From Marsupella aquatica (taxonomy: Eukaryota; Plantae; Marchantiophyta), in the NCBI GenBank assembly GCA_973895155.1, contig OZ316896.1, forward strand, positions 16,664,654 to 16,728,653: a stretch of 64,000 bases of DNA, in the 5' to 3' direction. Positions within the stretch are counted from its first letter, which is position 1, and each line of letters starts with the position of its first letter. The notes below the pieces were generated by a model. That model ran no database searches and was not told the DNA's origin. It saw nothing but the letters and a program-made list of their open reading frames with translations. Positions 1 through 12,825 of the stretch are shown one piece after another. A program made the translations under genes and the position numbers.

Positions 1-1439
1 GGACGCACCGCATACAAACAAGTATCCACCAAAAAGCATCCCAGGCATTGGCTGGTGCTCTGAGAAAACGAGACTCCTTTGGAAACGGAGACCATTTTCA
101 CTTTTAGAAACAAGATCAAGCAAGCATACCCACAAATGCAACGCACGACGCCCCCCTCCTCATACAATGCTGACTTCCTGTGCGAAACAACCATGTCGGC
201 CGAACGATTGTGCCAGCCAACAGATCGTTCCAGTAAAACTTATGGACCAGATCTGTACAGACTACCCAAACAAGAAGGCCCTACTAAGTCGCAGAACTTC
301 AAGCAGGTATGTTCGAATCAACAAAAATCCACATCAGCGACGAAATTAAAGCGAACTTTAGGACACTGAGAGACAGAAATTCAGGATCCGACTGATCGCA
401 CCATGACCTAGGAAACCACTCTTCATACAAGATACCGAAAAAGTTGATCTACATGAAAGTGTAAGTGGAGAAGGTGTAGGGAAGACCTCTGCAGGTAAGT
501 ACATGTTGTCGGTAAACAGAGGAGATGAAACAGAGGAACCATAGAACGGGATAGAGGCTGCTTGAGCCTGCATCACTTTCAGCCCCCGTGACGAATCCAT
601 TATATTGCCACTGTTGTTATGCCCTTCCAACATCCTTCTCTGCAGTAAACTAGCCTGCCTTCCACCGCGACCCTAGTATGCACCGGAGTCCTAAGGAGCG
701 CACAGATGTTGAACAATTGGCAGGGGAGTAAATAAGACAGAATGAACCACACACGTTCCTCCGCACTGCCAGGACCGGAGCCCCGATCTGGAAGCCTCAG
801 TACGTCACACCGAGAGTGAATCGCCGTCCGGGGGAGCACCTCCCAAATGCTCATGAGGAAGGGGAACAATAGAACACCGTCCGTCCTTTCCTTCTTTCCT
901 CCTTCCTCCTCCTCCTCCTGCCAAACCCCCTCCACAGCAGCACCACACCCCCCACTCGCTGGGGATGGAGAGTGCTTGCTGCTGCCGCAGAACTCGCCTG
1001 AATGCGTAACTCCACCAAACTCAAACACCACCTTCTGCACACCACCCGTGAAATCGAAATCCAACAATTATCCTACCGCTCGTCCCCAAATCGCCCTCGC
1101 CATCGCTCCAGACATGCCTCGTCTGTCTATCCGCCCGTTCGTCCGTCCGTCCTTCTGCCCCAGTGGCCCCCTGCTTGCCTGCCTCCGCTCGCTCGCACGC
1201 ACGCACTCTCGCCCGTGACTCCTTCCTTCCTTCTCTCCGCTCCCCGCCCCGCAGGAAATGAGCAACTCTCCCTACCAACGCCTGGGAGGAGGAAAAAGGT
1301 GTGTGGCAGACGGGACCGAAAAAGCGGGGAAAAGTTGGAAGGCAACAAAAACGCCCAACAACCAGGCACTGGAATCGGAGGACGCAACCCCAACAAGCCT
1401 TCCCTCCCTCCCTTCCTTCCGCACCCTCGCTACCGCCCT

Positions 1440-2112
1440 GCAAGCAACCGAGAAACGCAACGAAACGCAACGCAACGCAACGCAACGCACACAGACAAGC
1501 ACGAATGCAGGCACGCAGGGAGGCAGGGATGAAGGACGAGACGAGGAAGGCGAAGACGACGACGGTAAAGAATCACGGACGATCAACGCATAATCCCGCA
1601 GCACCGAAGTCGAGAGAGAGCCAGGCCGGTCGTCAATTAGCACGTCCACAGACACCACACCATCATCACACCCAGAGAGGTGACAAACAGGGAAACACAC
1701 GAACAAATGACGAAACAAGATGATGCCACCACCGCCAGCTTTTGGCTTCCTCCAATCAAGCAATCAACCAAGCAATCAATCACTCACTCCCTCACTCACT
1801 CAATCACTCAACCCAACCCCAACCCCAACCCAACCAAAGCGCTCCGCTGATCCGCTGATCCGCACCCCCTCCTCCTCCTCCTCCTCTCTTTCCGTGCCAT
1901 GCTTCGGTTGGTTGCTTTCCTTGCTCATCCGCTCTGGTCGTCGTCGACGACATTGCATTGTAGTAGTCGTCGCATCCACCACCATAGCAACCCCGCCACG
2001 CCACGCCACGCCACGCTCAGCCCAGCCCAGCCCAGCCCAGCCCAAGCCAAAGCCGAATCAATAATCAATCCCATCCAAGCGATGAACCCCTCTCTCTCTC
2101 TCTCTCTCTCTC
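1440..2112. repeat. Cluster of microsatellites ((CGCAA)n, (TCAC)n, (CCACG)n, (CAGCC)n, (CT)n), probably the long 5' leader/promoter of a minus-strand gene running off the left edge
   Basis: Simple repeats are directly visible at ~1455-1490, 1780-1810, 1995-2045 and 2090-2112. The overlapping ORFs are low-complexity translations of these repeats. The leader interpretation is inference. Confidence 0.6.
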
Positions 2113-3068
2113 TCCACCACTCCACCACTGTAGCGCGGAACGAACGAAGGAAGACGGGAGGAGAGAGGCTGGTGGCGTGACCGCACGCACACCCCCCAAT
2201 CCTCGCCTTTCTTCAACTCGCCCCTTCCCCCCGCTTCATTCCCGTGTGCCTAGTATAATAATAGTCGGAACAACAAACAAGTGAACAACAAACAAGTGAA
2301 CAACAACAATGGCAGCAACAACACGAAACAAGTCCAGGCTCAGCTCCTCGACCTCGCTTTCCGGCCACATGACGGACGGAAATCCCTCGGACGAATAACA
2401 CGAAATAAGCTCGGCCTCAGCTCGTTTTCCGGCGACATGACGGACAGAAATTACTCCTTCGCGGCCGCGGAATCCCTCGGACGGACCTGCAGACGAGGAT
2501 CAGTCGCCGCAAAGCTGAACGGGCGGCTTCCACTAACTACGGTTACACTAGGGGAATGGATTATTCGCCGCAAAGTCAGGACGGGAGACGCTGCCAAGGG
2601 ACGGAGTGACGGGGACGGGCTTGGGGAAGCCGCAAAGTCTCATGGGACGAAGATGTGTCCCACTCCAGTCCCACTCCAGTACCAATTACACGGGAGCATT
2701 TATTAGCGGTGTCGGGATTATTTTCCATTGGTCTAGCAATGTCCGTGTTTATTTGAAGTTTTGCTTTAGATGCCATAAACTGGAATCAATCCAAACCTTT
2801 GAACTCATATGACTATGAGATCCCAAAGTGCTCCTTGGACCAGGCGGTGACCAAAGCTCTGTGGTGGATATTGTGATAGTCATTATCACAACTTAAAAAA
2901 CCCAAGCCTAATGACAGGCTTATCAGGGCAGCCCCCTTGAGTGATTGTTGCCATTTTGGGATGGCCTGTTCAAAGGGTCTGACAGAATACCCATCCCAAA
3001 GCAAACACCAACTATTGTATATTAGTGTTCTCATTAATAAAGGCTAAAGTGCACCCCAACAACAACTA

Positions 3069-3518
3069 ATGTTCAGACCCATTAATATATTCTACACCCT
3101 GGAGACATTTCAGGTCTTCAGATTTGTTACTCTGGCCAAGGTTTTTGTTTGGAGCATACTTGCTCAAGGACTTCTTACAGGTTCTCAGGCCCTTAGGAGT
3201 GGAAAGTCTGACAGTTGTTGCCATATCTGCCAGGGAATACTCAAGACCATTCCCCATCTTCTCTGTGATTGTTTCCATGCCAAGTACTGCTGGAGGACAG
3301 CTTGTGATTGGCGCATTGGGGGCAAGATTGAACCTCATTTCAAGCTAGTTGGTACCGCTCAACCTTTGAAGATCAGGACACAACCAGATATATTTCTAGT
3401 TTACCAAGTACTGTGGAGTATACAGTTGGCACAGAAAGGGCAGGTCTTTGATCTAACCAAGCGCAGTCTCTTTAATCAACGATCAACTTTGTCTGGAAAT
3501 TTTGATCATCTACTTTAG
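3069..3518 (+). mobile_element. Degenerate L1-type LINE ORF2 C-terminal fragment (zf-RVT zinc finger)
   Basis: The ORF contains KVFVWSILAQGLLTG...CHIC...TIPHLLCDCFHAKYCW and VLWSIQLAQK..VF, matching the CCHC zf-RVT signature and the W.IW..RN..VF motif of plant L1 ORF2. Confidence 0.75.
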
Positions 3519-4734
3519 CTGTTGTTGAGGCAAGCACCCCTCTCAGGAACAAGCGCACAAGACTTCTATGAACGGGAAAAAATGCTACTATAGCTTCTGA
3601 GAACCCCACTATTATTGTGACAAGGTCCTTGAACACTCCCTTTCTGAATATTGGTTGCCTTATCTTGGAGAGAAACAGACACTACTGAAGTTGCTTTTGG
3701 CCCAATACTCTTAGAAGGATCTAAGAATAAATGTATACTGTCACTTAATGTTTCTATGTTCTTGTTTTGAAAGGTCTCCTGCTTGACTGACCTGATCACA
3801 CACCTTTTCACTACTGTAGATACTATTGGACTCTCTGGATGATGGGACAGCCCCTGTGGAGGACCATGTTGGTTGGTCTGGTCTGAGAGTATGTAATGGT
3901 GGCATGAACACCTTTGATGTTGTTGAAGCGGGTCAAAATGTGTTGGCCTTTTTGCCTTGAAAGGTCCTGATATGCCTCTCTTGGCCTGCTGGTTTCCCCC
4001 ATCCCGGTAAGCAGAGTACCATTGCGAGTTGCTTGTTTTGAAAAATTCTAGGGTTTTGTTTGCCATTCCCCAAGTAAATCATTTCTAAGGTGTCAGGATT
4101 TTTTTGAAGTGCACAAAAAGCCCAAACCATTTGCCAACCATACTTAAACTTATCTAGGCCACCCTAAAGCCTACTTATTCAACTCGATTGCCTTTCAAAA
4201 CACATGGATTTGAGAAATAAGAACCTAGTGTGATCCAAAATATTCTTTTGACACTTGTTCAACAAAATATTATTTTTATATATTTTATAAAGTAAAATTG
4301 GTCATGTAGATGTATTGTAGAATATTCTCAATATAAAATTGAGATGTATTAATTACTTCAGGATCATTTGTACTTGTCTGGAAAAGTCCACCAAATAACC
4401 TCCAAGTGAACAAAACAAGAAGCCTTAAGGGATGAGTCCAAAGCCTTATTTCTCTTTTCAAAATCTTCATGATATTAAAAAGTGTATACCAAAAAACCAC
4501 CAAAAAATGGTATGTATTTTCCAAACTAGACTCAAGAGAATTTTACCACCAAAATCTAAGCATATCTTATATGATATTCTCACAATTGTATAAACCTTGA
4601 AATATGCACTTTATAAAAGTAATCAAAATCAAACTCATCGATCAGAGTTTAAGTCAAACTCAAAGTTTTACAAAATATAACCCAACTTAAGCCCAAGTGG
4701 TTTCAAATGCTACGAGTCCCTCTATTTATCTAGT

Positions 4735-7700
4735 CTAATCCAAAGGGACCGCTTCCCCTTCCCCGGTTCCGGAAGTCCCTGTCGTCAATTCTGGAACAAT
4801 TGTGGCATCGTCAACCACGCTATCCTCTCCGGCCTGAGGAATGTCTTCCTCACTCTCCTCATCCATCTCCCCCTGTCCGTCTTCCTCTTCAATGTTATCT
4901 GCAAGGTTAAGAATCCTCCCTTTCAACACACTGCTCTGTCGCTCGTCAATCTCAATGGCAACGCAATGTCTCCCCATGGCCAAGGAGGAGGTTGTCCCAG
5001 TCCCTGATCCTGAACAAATATCCAAAACCCAGTCTCCAACCTGACTAAAATGACTCACTTCCCAATCTAACAATGCACGTGGTTTCTGATAAACATTCAC
5101 TGCCTTGTTATCCCCGTTGTGTTTCAGCTTCTTAGTCACAGCTGCGCATACAACCACATTGTTCCTTGATTCATTTGTGTCAAAATTGAAGTGCTCCAAT
5201 GACCGTTTACCATCCTGGCTGTGAAAGCCAATTGTAAAGCACTCAAAGTTGCTGTTCAATCTTGGTCCACCAGCATTCTTCACATTATCCTTAACCCTGA
5301 AAAGTCACAAAAAGTCAAGGAGTTATTTAAACTGAGAAACATGGTTCATGAAATCATGAATAACTAATAGTTGTTTTTTTCAAAAACAAATATTTCTTAC
5401 CACACACAATTCTGGAACCCTCCATTACACTCCGCTTTCAAAACGGTCTTGATGGCCTCATATTGGTCAAGGCTGTGGTGAATGATAATACGCCACAACT
5501 TTGCAGTAGTAGCCACCTTGAACGATTGGACCATTTTTGTGATCTCCTCAGTTCCCCATCCAATAGTGTCTTCATGAAGACATCCAGGCAATGCAAACCT
5601 ATAGGGAATATCCACTAAAGCTAATGTGTAAGCCCGACCCAGAACCACCTCATGTAATCGCTGAGCATCATGAGTAAAAATATCATAGTGCACATCACCA
5701 AACTCTGGATGCTCAAACGAATTTGGATGAAGTTCCCCCTCTTGGGTTTGCCGACTAGAAGTCTTCATGGATAGCCAATTTTGGGCTTGCACAATATGCG
5801 CATTGAATTTGTCCGGGAATGACTTGAGATCTTTGCCTTCCTCATCTCCCTTCTTTTTCCGGGAGGTGGTATCTTTCTACAAAAAGGAACTGTAGAATTA
5901 GAAACAAGGATTCCAAATATTAAATGAATTCAAACAATCATTCGAAGAAAGGTGACAGAATCTTACCCATGTCTGGAAAACAGGTACGAAATTCTTAAGC
6001 ACATTGTCTGTGCAATGCTCAGGGTACTTGGTTTTACAACCTGACCAACTCTCCTCGTGTAGACACGTGAGGAAGGCCTTCTGCACCTGCATCTGAAATT
6101 TGTGTCGAGTAAATTCGTGACCCATTTCCTGTAAAGAGAGTTCTTTAGTAAGAACTCTCTGTAACACTGGGCAAATCATATCAGGATCTTTCAAGGCCTG
6201 CATGTGTCTCCACTCTGTTAATTTCATGTCCTCATAAGGCAATTTGGCATCTCCAGACTTAGAGACTTTCTTCTTGCCTTTGTCTCCTTTTTGACCTTTG
6301 ATCTCACACATCTCCCACTTGTCACAAATCTGCCTCACAAATGACCACACAGGATCTTGTCGGAATGCCAACTGAAATAGGTTATCATTGGCATTAAGAA
6401 CCTCAGCATCCTTTCGTACACCCCAATCCTTGAGATTGATTTCAGTAGCACACTCTTTCTTGAAATCCTGGTTGGACGACAATCCATTCTCAACAAATCT
6501 CATGTGAATATAATTTACTCTCTGGATTGTCGTCATCTGTTGTCGAAATTCAGAATCAATATTGTGACTCCACGCAAGGTTTCTTGCCTCTTGCACACTC
6601 AATCCCGCAAATATCCAAGATTGCACTCTCCGAAATGCCTTGTTGTTAGGGAACTGAAGAGCAAGGTCTGCTTTGGCACAGGCTGAATGGTTGCCCCCAA
6701 TCACATAATAATGGTAATCAGCTTTCCTTGAAAAATCAAAGTCTTGCCTAGTAGCACACTCCTTCGGATCCACCAAGAGGACAAACGGAGCTGCAAGTGG
6801 ACTGGCACCTACAGTCTTCATCCGCAAGGTCAATTGGGTCAAGAAATATGGTTGGATGTGTCGGACCTGGTAAATGGGCAAGCCCACAGCCTTCTCTCTC
6901 ACTGGAGGGTAAAGTTGACCAATGTCAACGGTCACGGTCTCCTCTTGAACACCACATCTTCCCAGAATCTCCTCCTGGTACAATACCCGTGCATCCATTG
7001 ACATTGATTGAGCCTTTTGCTCCAAATGCGTTGGAATTTTCTCCAAAGTCTTCTTTTTTGACTTTGTAGCACTGGGCTCGGTAGGCTCAGGAGTCATAGC
7101 AGGTCGCTTCTTTGAAGAAATGCGAGTTCCAGTCGTACCTTGTGCCGACCCACCAGTCAAAGCCGTTCCCTGGGATGATCTGCCAACTTGAGATCCCCCT
7201 CCAGATGCTGCTGCTTCCCGGGAGGTTGTAGGCGCTACCACGGTCAAAATATCATTGGGTAAAATGCTAGGCCTCGATCCAGAAGGAACACCGGAAGCCC
7301 CAGATTTGGGTGGACGACTTACTCCCTTCTCTGCCGACCTTCTCCGGAGAATCTCTCTTGATTTTTGGATTGCACTCTTTAAAGTGCTAGCGTGAAATTC
7401 AAACACAAAACCGGAAATCTTTCCCGCGACGTCGTGGTAACGTTCCTCACTCGAAAGAGACTTGACAGTCTCAATGATGCTATCGATGTCCTCATCGAGA
7501 TAGCAGGTGGCAGCCGTTCCAGAAAACCTCTCCACATCCACGACAATCAAAGTTGAAGTTTCCTTCGTTGTGATCAACATGTTCACAACTTCGTCGCCCC
7601 GTCGAAATACATCGATGCGGCCGTAATTTACCCACCCTAATGCCCCCGATGGAAGCCCCTCAAATACACACAGCATTAGGAAGGGCTTCTTCCATGTTTC

Positions 7701-7790
7701 TGTCCCTAAGGAAATCGTCCAGGATGAGTTGTGGAAGTCTGTCAAAGGATGGCGCGAAAAGATGTCATCCACCAGCTCTTCCTGCGACAT
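4735..7790 (-). CDS. ParB/Srx-like domain + beta-class amino DNA methyltransferase (N6-adenine/N4-cytosine family), 953 aa; exons 7790-5967, 5876-5401, 5296-4735
   Basis: GT-AG introns 5966-5877 and 5400-5297 join three ORFs in frame with no lesion. ParB-like core: YQVRHI...APFVLLV...YYVIGGNHSACAKADL...EARNLAWSHN. MTase motifs are in beta order: LALVDIPY (IV), CVWVK...NFE, YQKPRALL (X), VLDICSGSGTG (I), CVAIEID (II). Confidence 0.85.
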
Positions 7791-8546
7791 TGTTATGTTT
7801 TTGCCTGATCTTCAAACCTGAGAACATACCACAAAATCAGTCCACTTCAACCCCAACCTGCGAGACAAAGTGCCACAGAACCAAGGAATGTGCCAACAAA
7901 TGGCTACTAAAACCGTGTCCTTACGGATCTAACAATGCTCTCGGCCACCCCAGGACTCCTATCATGAATTCATGAAGGGAGTCTCCCTCTCGCTCCGACC
8001 TTCTTTGCTTGTACACCTCGGTGATGCAGAAGGGTATTTAAAATAGGGTTCGGAGGGGGGTGACGTGAAGAAATCACCCAGGGCCTAAATTACTACCTAA
8101 AACAGGGTCGAAATGAAGTGCGACCGCGACAACTCGCGACACGTCGCCGATGAGTGCTGAAAATGGCACGAAATTGGACAACGAGATTGTTTTTCACTCT
8201 TTTACAAAGGAAATCCAAATGACATTGAGTGAAAATGAATGGGCTGCCCCGTGTTCCTTGGTTATACATACTAATCACGGATCAGGCGCGACTTAGTAAA
8301 ATTAACCCAGAATCATGATAAATCAATGTTTTTGGGCCAATTATTCATGAATATTTCGGGGTATTAACGGGAAAAAGCTTGCAAATTTCATGAATATTTG
8401 ATATTTTTGAAGTTAAAAAGTCCCAACAATCCGTGAAAAACTATAAATAGGCTCGTTTATTCATGACTCTTGGTCATTATTTTGAGAAGATTTGTTAGAT
8501 TTTACTGATTTTCTGAGTTTCTTGTCAATTTGCACTAGTTTTTCCA
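7791..8546. promoter_or_regulatory. Bidirectional promoter/leader region between the MTase and transposase genes
   Basis: CTATAAATAG at 8441-8450 lies upstream of the + gene ATG (8547). A TATA-like TTTAAATA lies on the minus strand at ~8035-8042. Six TCATGA sites occur in the interval. Confidence 0.5.
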
Positions 8547-11500
8547 ATGGCGGCGTGTTACGAATCAGATGATTATTCAGATGGAGTTTCTGATGATGTT
8601 TCATTGCCGGATGGCCCCTGCACAGTGGTTGGCCCAGATATCCCTGGAATAACTACTGTTTTAGATATGCCACCCCCACCCCTATGAGCAAGTTAAAACG
8701 TAGTCCTTTACGACTTGCAATTAGTGGGAAGAAATCATTGGTCGGTGGTAAAGAGAGGTCAAGGAGCTCCTCTGACTCCTTGGAGAGTATTGGTCCACCT
8801 GGACGTCAAGTTGTATCTCCTTTGTCACCAACAAAGGACAAATTGGGGAGTAATCTGGAAGGTTCAATGCCTATTTGGATGTCTGGGAAACGGTCTCATG
8901 AATTCATGAAGACTGGATTTGGAAAGACGAAGAAGGCACTAAGTGGGGAAAATGACAGAGATTTTTGCAGTCTCCAAAGTGTTCAGCGGCTGAAGCAAAT
9001 GCCAAAAAGTAAAACCTTTGGTAAGCCACCATCGGAAACATTTCACAGGGGGATGAGGGAAGAAACTAGACGACCAGTGTTATTGAAAAGTATTCCAGAA
9101 AAGAATTCTAATGTGCGTTCCTCAGTTTTACCTAGGAGTCATGGTGTTGGGGCAGGGAGCGGATCAAGTCACGGAAACTCAAACAGGGAAACCAACCTGG
9201 TGGAGAGGGACCCTAGGAAAATATTGAAAGGGTCCCTACACGGTAATGGAGGGATTTCTGAAATACGCCCAGGTATTCCAAGGGTGCATAGAGTGAAGGA
9301 AGAGCCTCCATCTCCGAAGGCTGCAGGTCTGGAATCTAGGCATGTTCAGAAGCAAAAGTTGGTGACCATTTCATCATCGAATGAAAGCGAGTCTTCGGAG
9401 AGTGGGGAGGATGATGATGTTCCGGTGGCATCTAGTCGTTACAAACGTACGAGCAACGCCACTTTGTGTGAAACAAAGTTGAAAGAGGAGGATATCAAGA
9501 AAACAAATAGTAAGTACTGTTGTCAGAGTCATTGTCTCCTAAGTCTATCTCCAAAAGAAATTTGTGAGGCGCGTTCTAAATTTTTGAGGCAGAAATCTCA
9601 GGATCGATCTTTATCTTTGCAGTGGCTTATAAAGCGAGACGGAAATGAAGGAGGGAGGCAGACTATATCTTACACGTTTGGTCAAAAGAGTATTTGTCGG
9701 AAAGCTTTCAAGCTTATATTTTGCGTTGGCAATCATAGATTAAATAGAATTTTGAAATTAGACAACCAAGACTTAGGATATTCTAAACCAGTTGGACGCC
9801 CTCCATCTGTTAAAAGATTAGTCTTGGTCAGTTGGCTTAGGTCATTTTTTGAGACACGCGTGGAAACATTGCCAAATAAAGAAGTTTTACATTTACCGGA
9901 TAATTATTCAAAGCTGGAGGTATGGAAGATCTACGACTCCAACTATGCCAAGATTGATGAATCTTCAAAAATATCCTATCGACAATTCTTGAAAGTTTGG
10001 GTTCAAGAATTTGGTCATGTGAAGATTCCTCCAGTCAATCGATTCAGTGCTTGCGCGGATTGCGAGGAGTTCAAATCAATTCGGGACAAAGCTGTCTCGG
10101 AGACCGAAAAGAGTAAGTTACTTACAAGTTTGACAAGTTTTTGTTTCAAGAATATGGCTTAACACATGATTTCTAATTTTTTTTGAAGAAACTAACAAGT
10201 TGTTTTTCCAGGGCGAGGGGAAATTATGTTAAAAAAACATAGAGACCAACAATCCAAAGAACGTGAGAAACTCGCAAAGCATCGTAAGAAATGTTTTTCA
10301 AATTCTGATAAATATTTGGGAGTTGTCATTGATGGGATGGATCAGAAGAAGACAAGGTTGCCTCATTGGCCGCGGCCCCCAAAATCGGTGGACGAAACAT
10401 GTTTGATCCAAATGCACGTTGTCGGATGCCTGGTTTTCAATGGTGCACTATTTTCAAGAGTGTTTCTTAATTATCCTGTATTGCATAATGATGGAAACTT
10501 GACAGTCACAATCCTGCAAAGGGTGTTTCACGAATGGGAAGAAAAGCCTAGTGGCTTGCCGCCTGTTCTCTATCTTCAACTTGATAATACCAGTAGAGAA
10601 AATAAAAATAATTTACTCTTTGCCTATCTTCATATGTTGATTCGAAGAAAGGTTTTTCGGAAAATCAAACTAGGATTCTTGTTGGTTGGACACACACACG
10701 ACCAAATAGATCAAATGTTCAGTCGATTTTCTAAACGACTAGCAAGGTTTAAGGCATTCACATACGAAAGCCTATGTGATATTATTTGTGAATCATATCA
10801 ACCCCAACCAAATATCACTCTTTTAAAGGAAACATATGATTTCCGTCAATATGCCTTCTCAGATCCACCTTTAGTCATTGAAAGGATTCGAAATGTTACC
10901 TTCCACCACCAGTACAAATTTGCATTTGACAAGTTGGAAAATCAAGTTCCAACCCAATGGGGGAAGAAGTTTTCCACGGACTCAACTTGGAAACCTGACG
11001 GAGGCGTGAAATTTTTGAGGGAAGAGGAGCCAGAAAAGGTGATGGGTTGTGCTCCCGGATTACCCCTTTTCAAAAAGGGGGATAAGAACGTTACAAGGAC
11101 TCAACCAAATATGTCTAGTTCTTCAAGAATGACTTTGAAGGAGATGGATGATTCGTTAAATGAGATTCAAAAGGGAATACTTGCAGTTGAAACTTTATTC
11201 TCAGAAGAGGAAGTGAACTGGTGGAGAATGTTTTTTGAAGAGCAACGAGAATTGAATAAATCTTTGCTCCTTGATCAAAGACCATTGATTTTCCCTTTTC
11301 AATGGCCACGCTCCCAAAGGGAGATTGCTGTTGCTGCTGAAGTTCCCAGAGTCCTTGTCAATGTAAATTGAAGAGAGAGTATACAGACCTACCAGAGATA
11401 TATACGTGGGTCCTTATCGGAATCAAGGAAAGATAGATGCAGAGAAGGAGAATATGGAAGGAGACTTTTCGGATCTTGAAGTCAACACTTATATTTCTGT

Positions 11501-11939
11501 TGCTGGAGAAGAATCGGAAACATTTTGGGTGGCCAAGGTGGAAAGAATTGACCAGCGCGACGAGTTCAACATTCCAAAAATGATTTATGTTTTATGGCAT
11601 GCTACAAAAACCGGGTCAGATCCTTGGAAAGCCAAGTACTTACCAGAAGTCTTAAACTACGAAAAGAAGAAAAGTGGTCGTGGGAAAGGAACTTTGAAAC
11701 CAATATGGTTTCACCAAGAGCTTGATTTATCTTCAACGACTGTTTTTGCTTACAACTTCATGTTGACAAAATCTGATACATTGTACAAAAAGACAGCAGA
11801 TCGAATCAAAATCCAATTGACTGAATTTTTGGCAGAAGAGAAAGAGCAAGAACAAGAGAATGGATCAACTAGAACCCCGCTAGGAGATAAATCTAGGGAT
11901 ATTTCGTTTCAAGAATTGAGGACTTCTGGATCTGAGTAA
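8547..11939 (+). CDS. DDE-type transposase, Sola1-like/DUF7869-like; intron 10113-10211; two single-base frameshifts in homopolymers (~8680, ~11365)
   Basis: Cys-rich region CCQSHC...ICRKAFKLIFCV, then FSACADCEEF, VIDGMDQKKT, YLQLDNTSRENKN and FLLVGHTHDQIDQMFS. The GTAAGT...TTCCAG intron joins ORF 8684-10162 to ORF 10226-11371 in frame. The N-terminus (ATG 8547) and C-terminus (ORF to 11939) are each offset by one base. Confidence 0.75.
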
Positions 11940-12640
11940 TGAAAAGTAGTTATTGTTTGTGACATTACCATTGAAAAACATGGATAACTTGAAAATTTAC
12001 AAATTTTCAAAATGCCTTTACCACTTATTCATGAATTCATGGTTAAAGTTTCTTGAGAAATTTGTAGTTTAATATTATCTTAGTGGGTTGTGTTTCAATT
12101 CAATTAGATGGTGTCATTTCTATTCTCCTTGTCTTCTTTTCACAATAATGTGTATCAGGTTAAGTTGTAGTAATTTATTTTCTGGTTTTTAAATGACAAT
12201 GGCTTTTGGAGGTGATTTAGTTGTTGTTTCAAAAGACACCTCGTGTAATTGTGAGACCATTGTAGATAATAGTGTTGTATTTGAGATCATTTATTGGTGG
12301 AATGTAACTTCAGATGAATTTGGTCATTTTTAGGTGTCAAAACATAGCTAGTTTATGTCATATTTTGTTCGCTCCATATTTTTGCTCTAAAATAGGTGCT
12401 AATTTTTGCACTTTTTTTGACTTTTTCGTTGTTTTTCTGATTTTTTGGCTAGAGTTCCTAAAGTATGGGCTTGTTACTCATCATTTAAGGCTTCTTGTTA
12501 CAAATCTAAAATCACATTGCACCCATTAATTCAACCTGAATACAAGCAAGTTACATCTGGACCCCAGGTTTGGCCTTGACGGGCATATTGGGGTCTCGAC
12601 CCCATCAAACCGGCATCCGTCACCCGGTCGCCAGGTCCAC

Positions 12641-12825
12641 CACCCACCCGGCCAGCCCCAACCCCGACCCCAACCCCGCCCCTACCATTTTCGACCCAGC
12701 CCCAACCTCACCCGGTCCCCCACCCACCTGGCCCGCCCCGACCCCGACCCTGCCCCCACCATTTTTTACCCAGTCCAGCCTCGACCTCACCCGGTCCCCC
12801 CACCCACCCTACCCTGCCCGGCTGC
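12641..12825. repeat. C-rich imperfect tandem repeat, ~80 bp unit, ~2.3 copies
   Basis: The unit CACCCACC...CCCCGACCC...ACCATTTT...ACCTCACCCGGTCCCC starts at ~12641, ~12721 and ~12801. Confidence 0.75.

Noticed and set aside
358-633. Minus-strand 91-aa ORF as a first coding exon
   Set aside because: Plausible position, but no recognisable homology or confirmed splice partner within the window.
600-2706. Many overlapping ORFs of 60-176 aa
   Set aside because: Low-complexity translations of microsatellite-rich GC-rich DNA with no recognisable domains.
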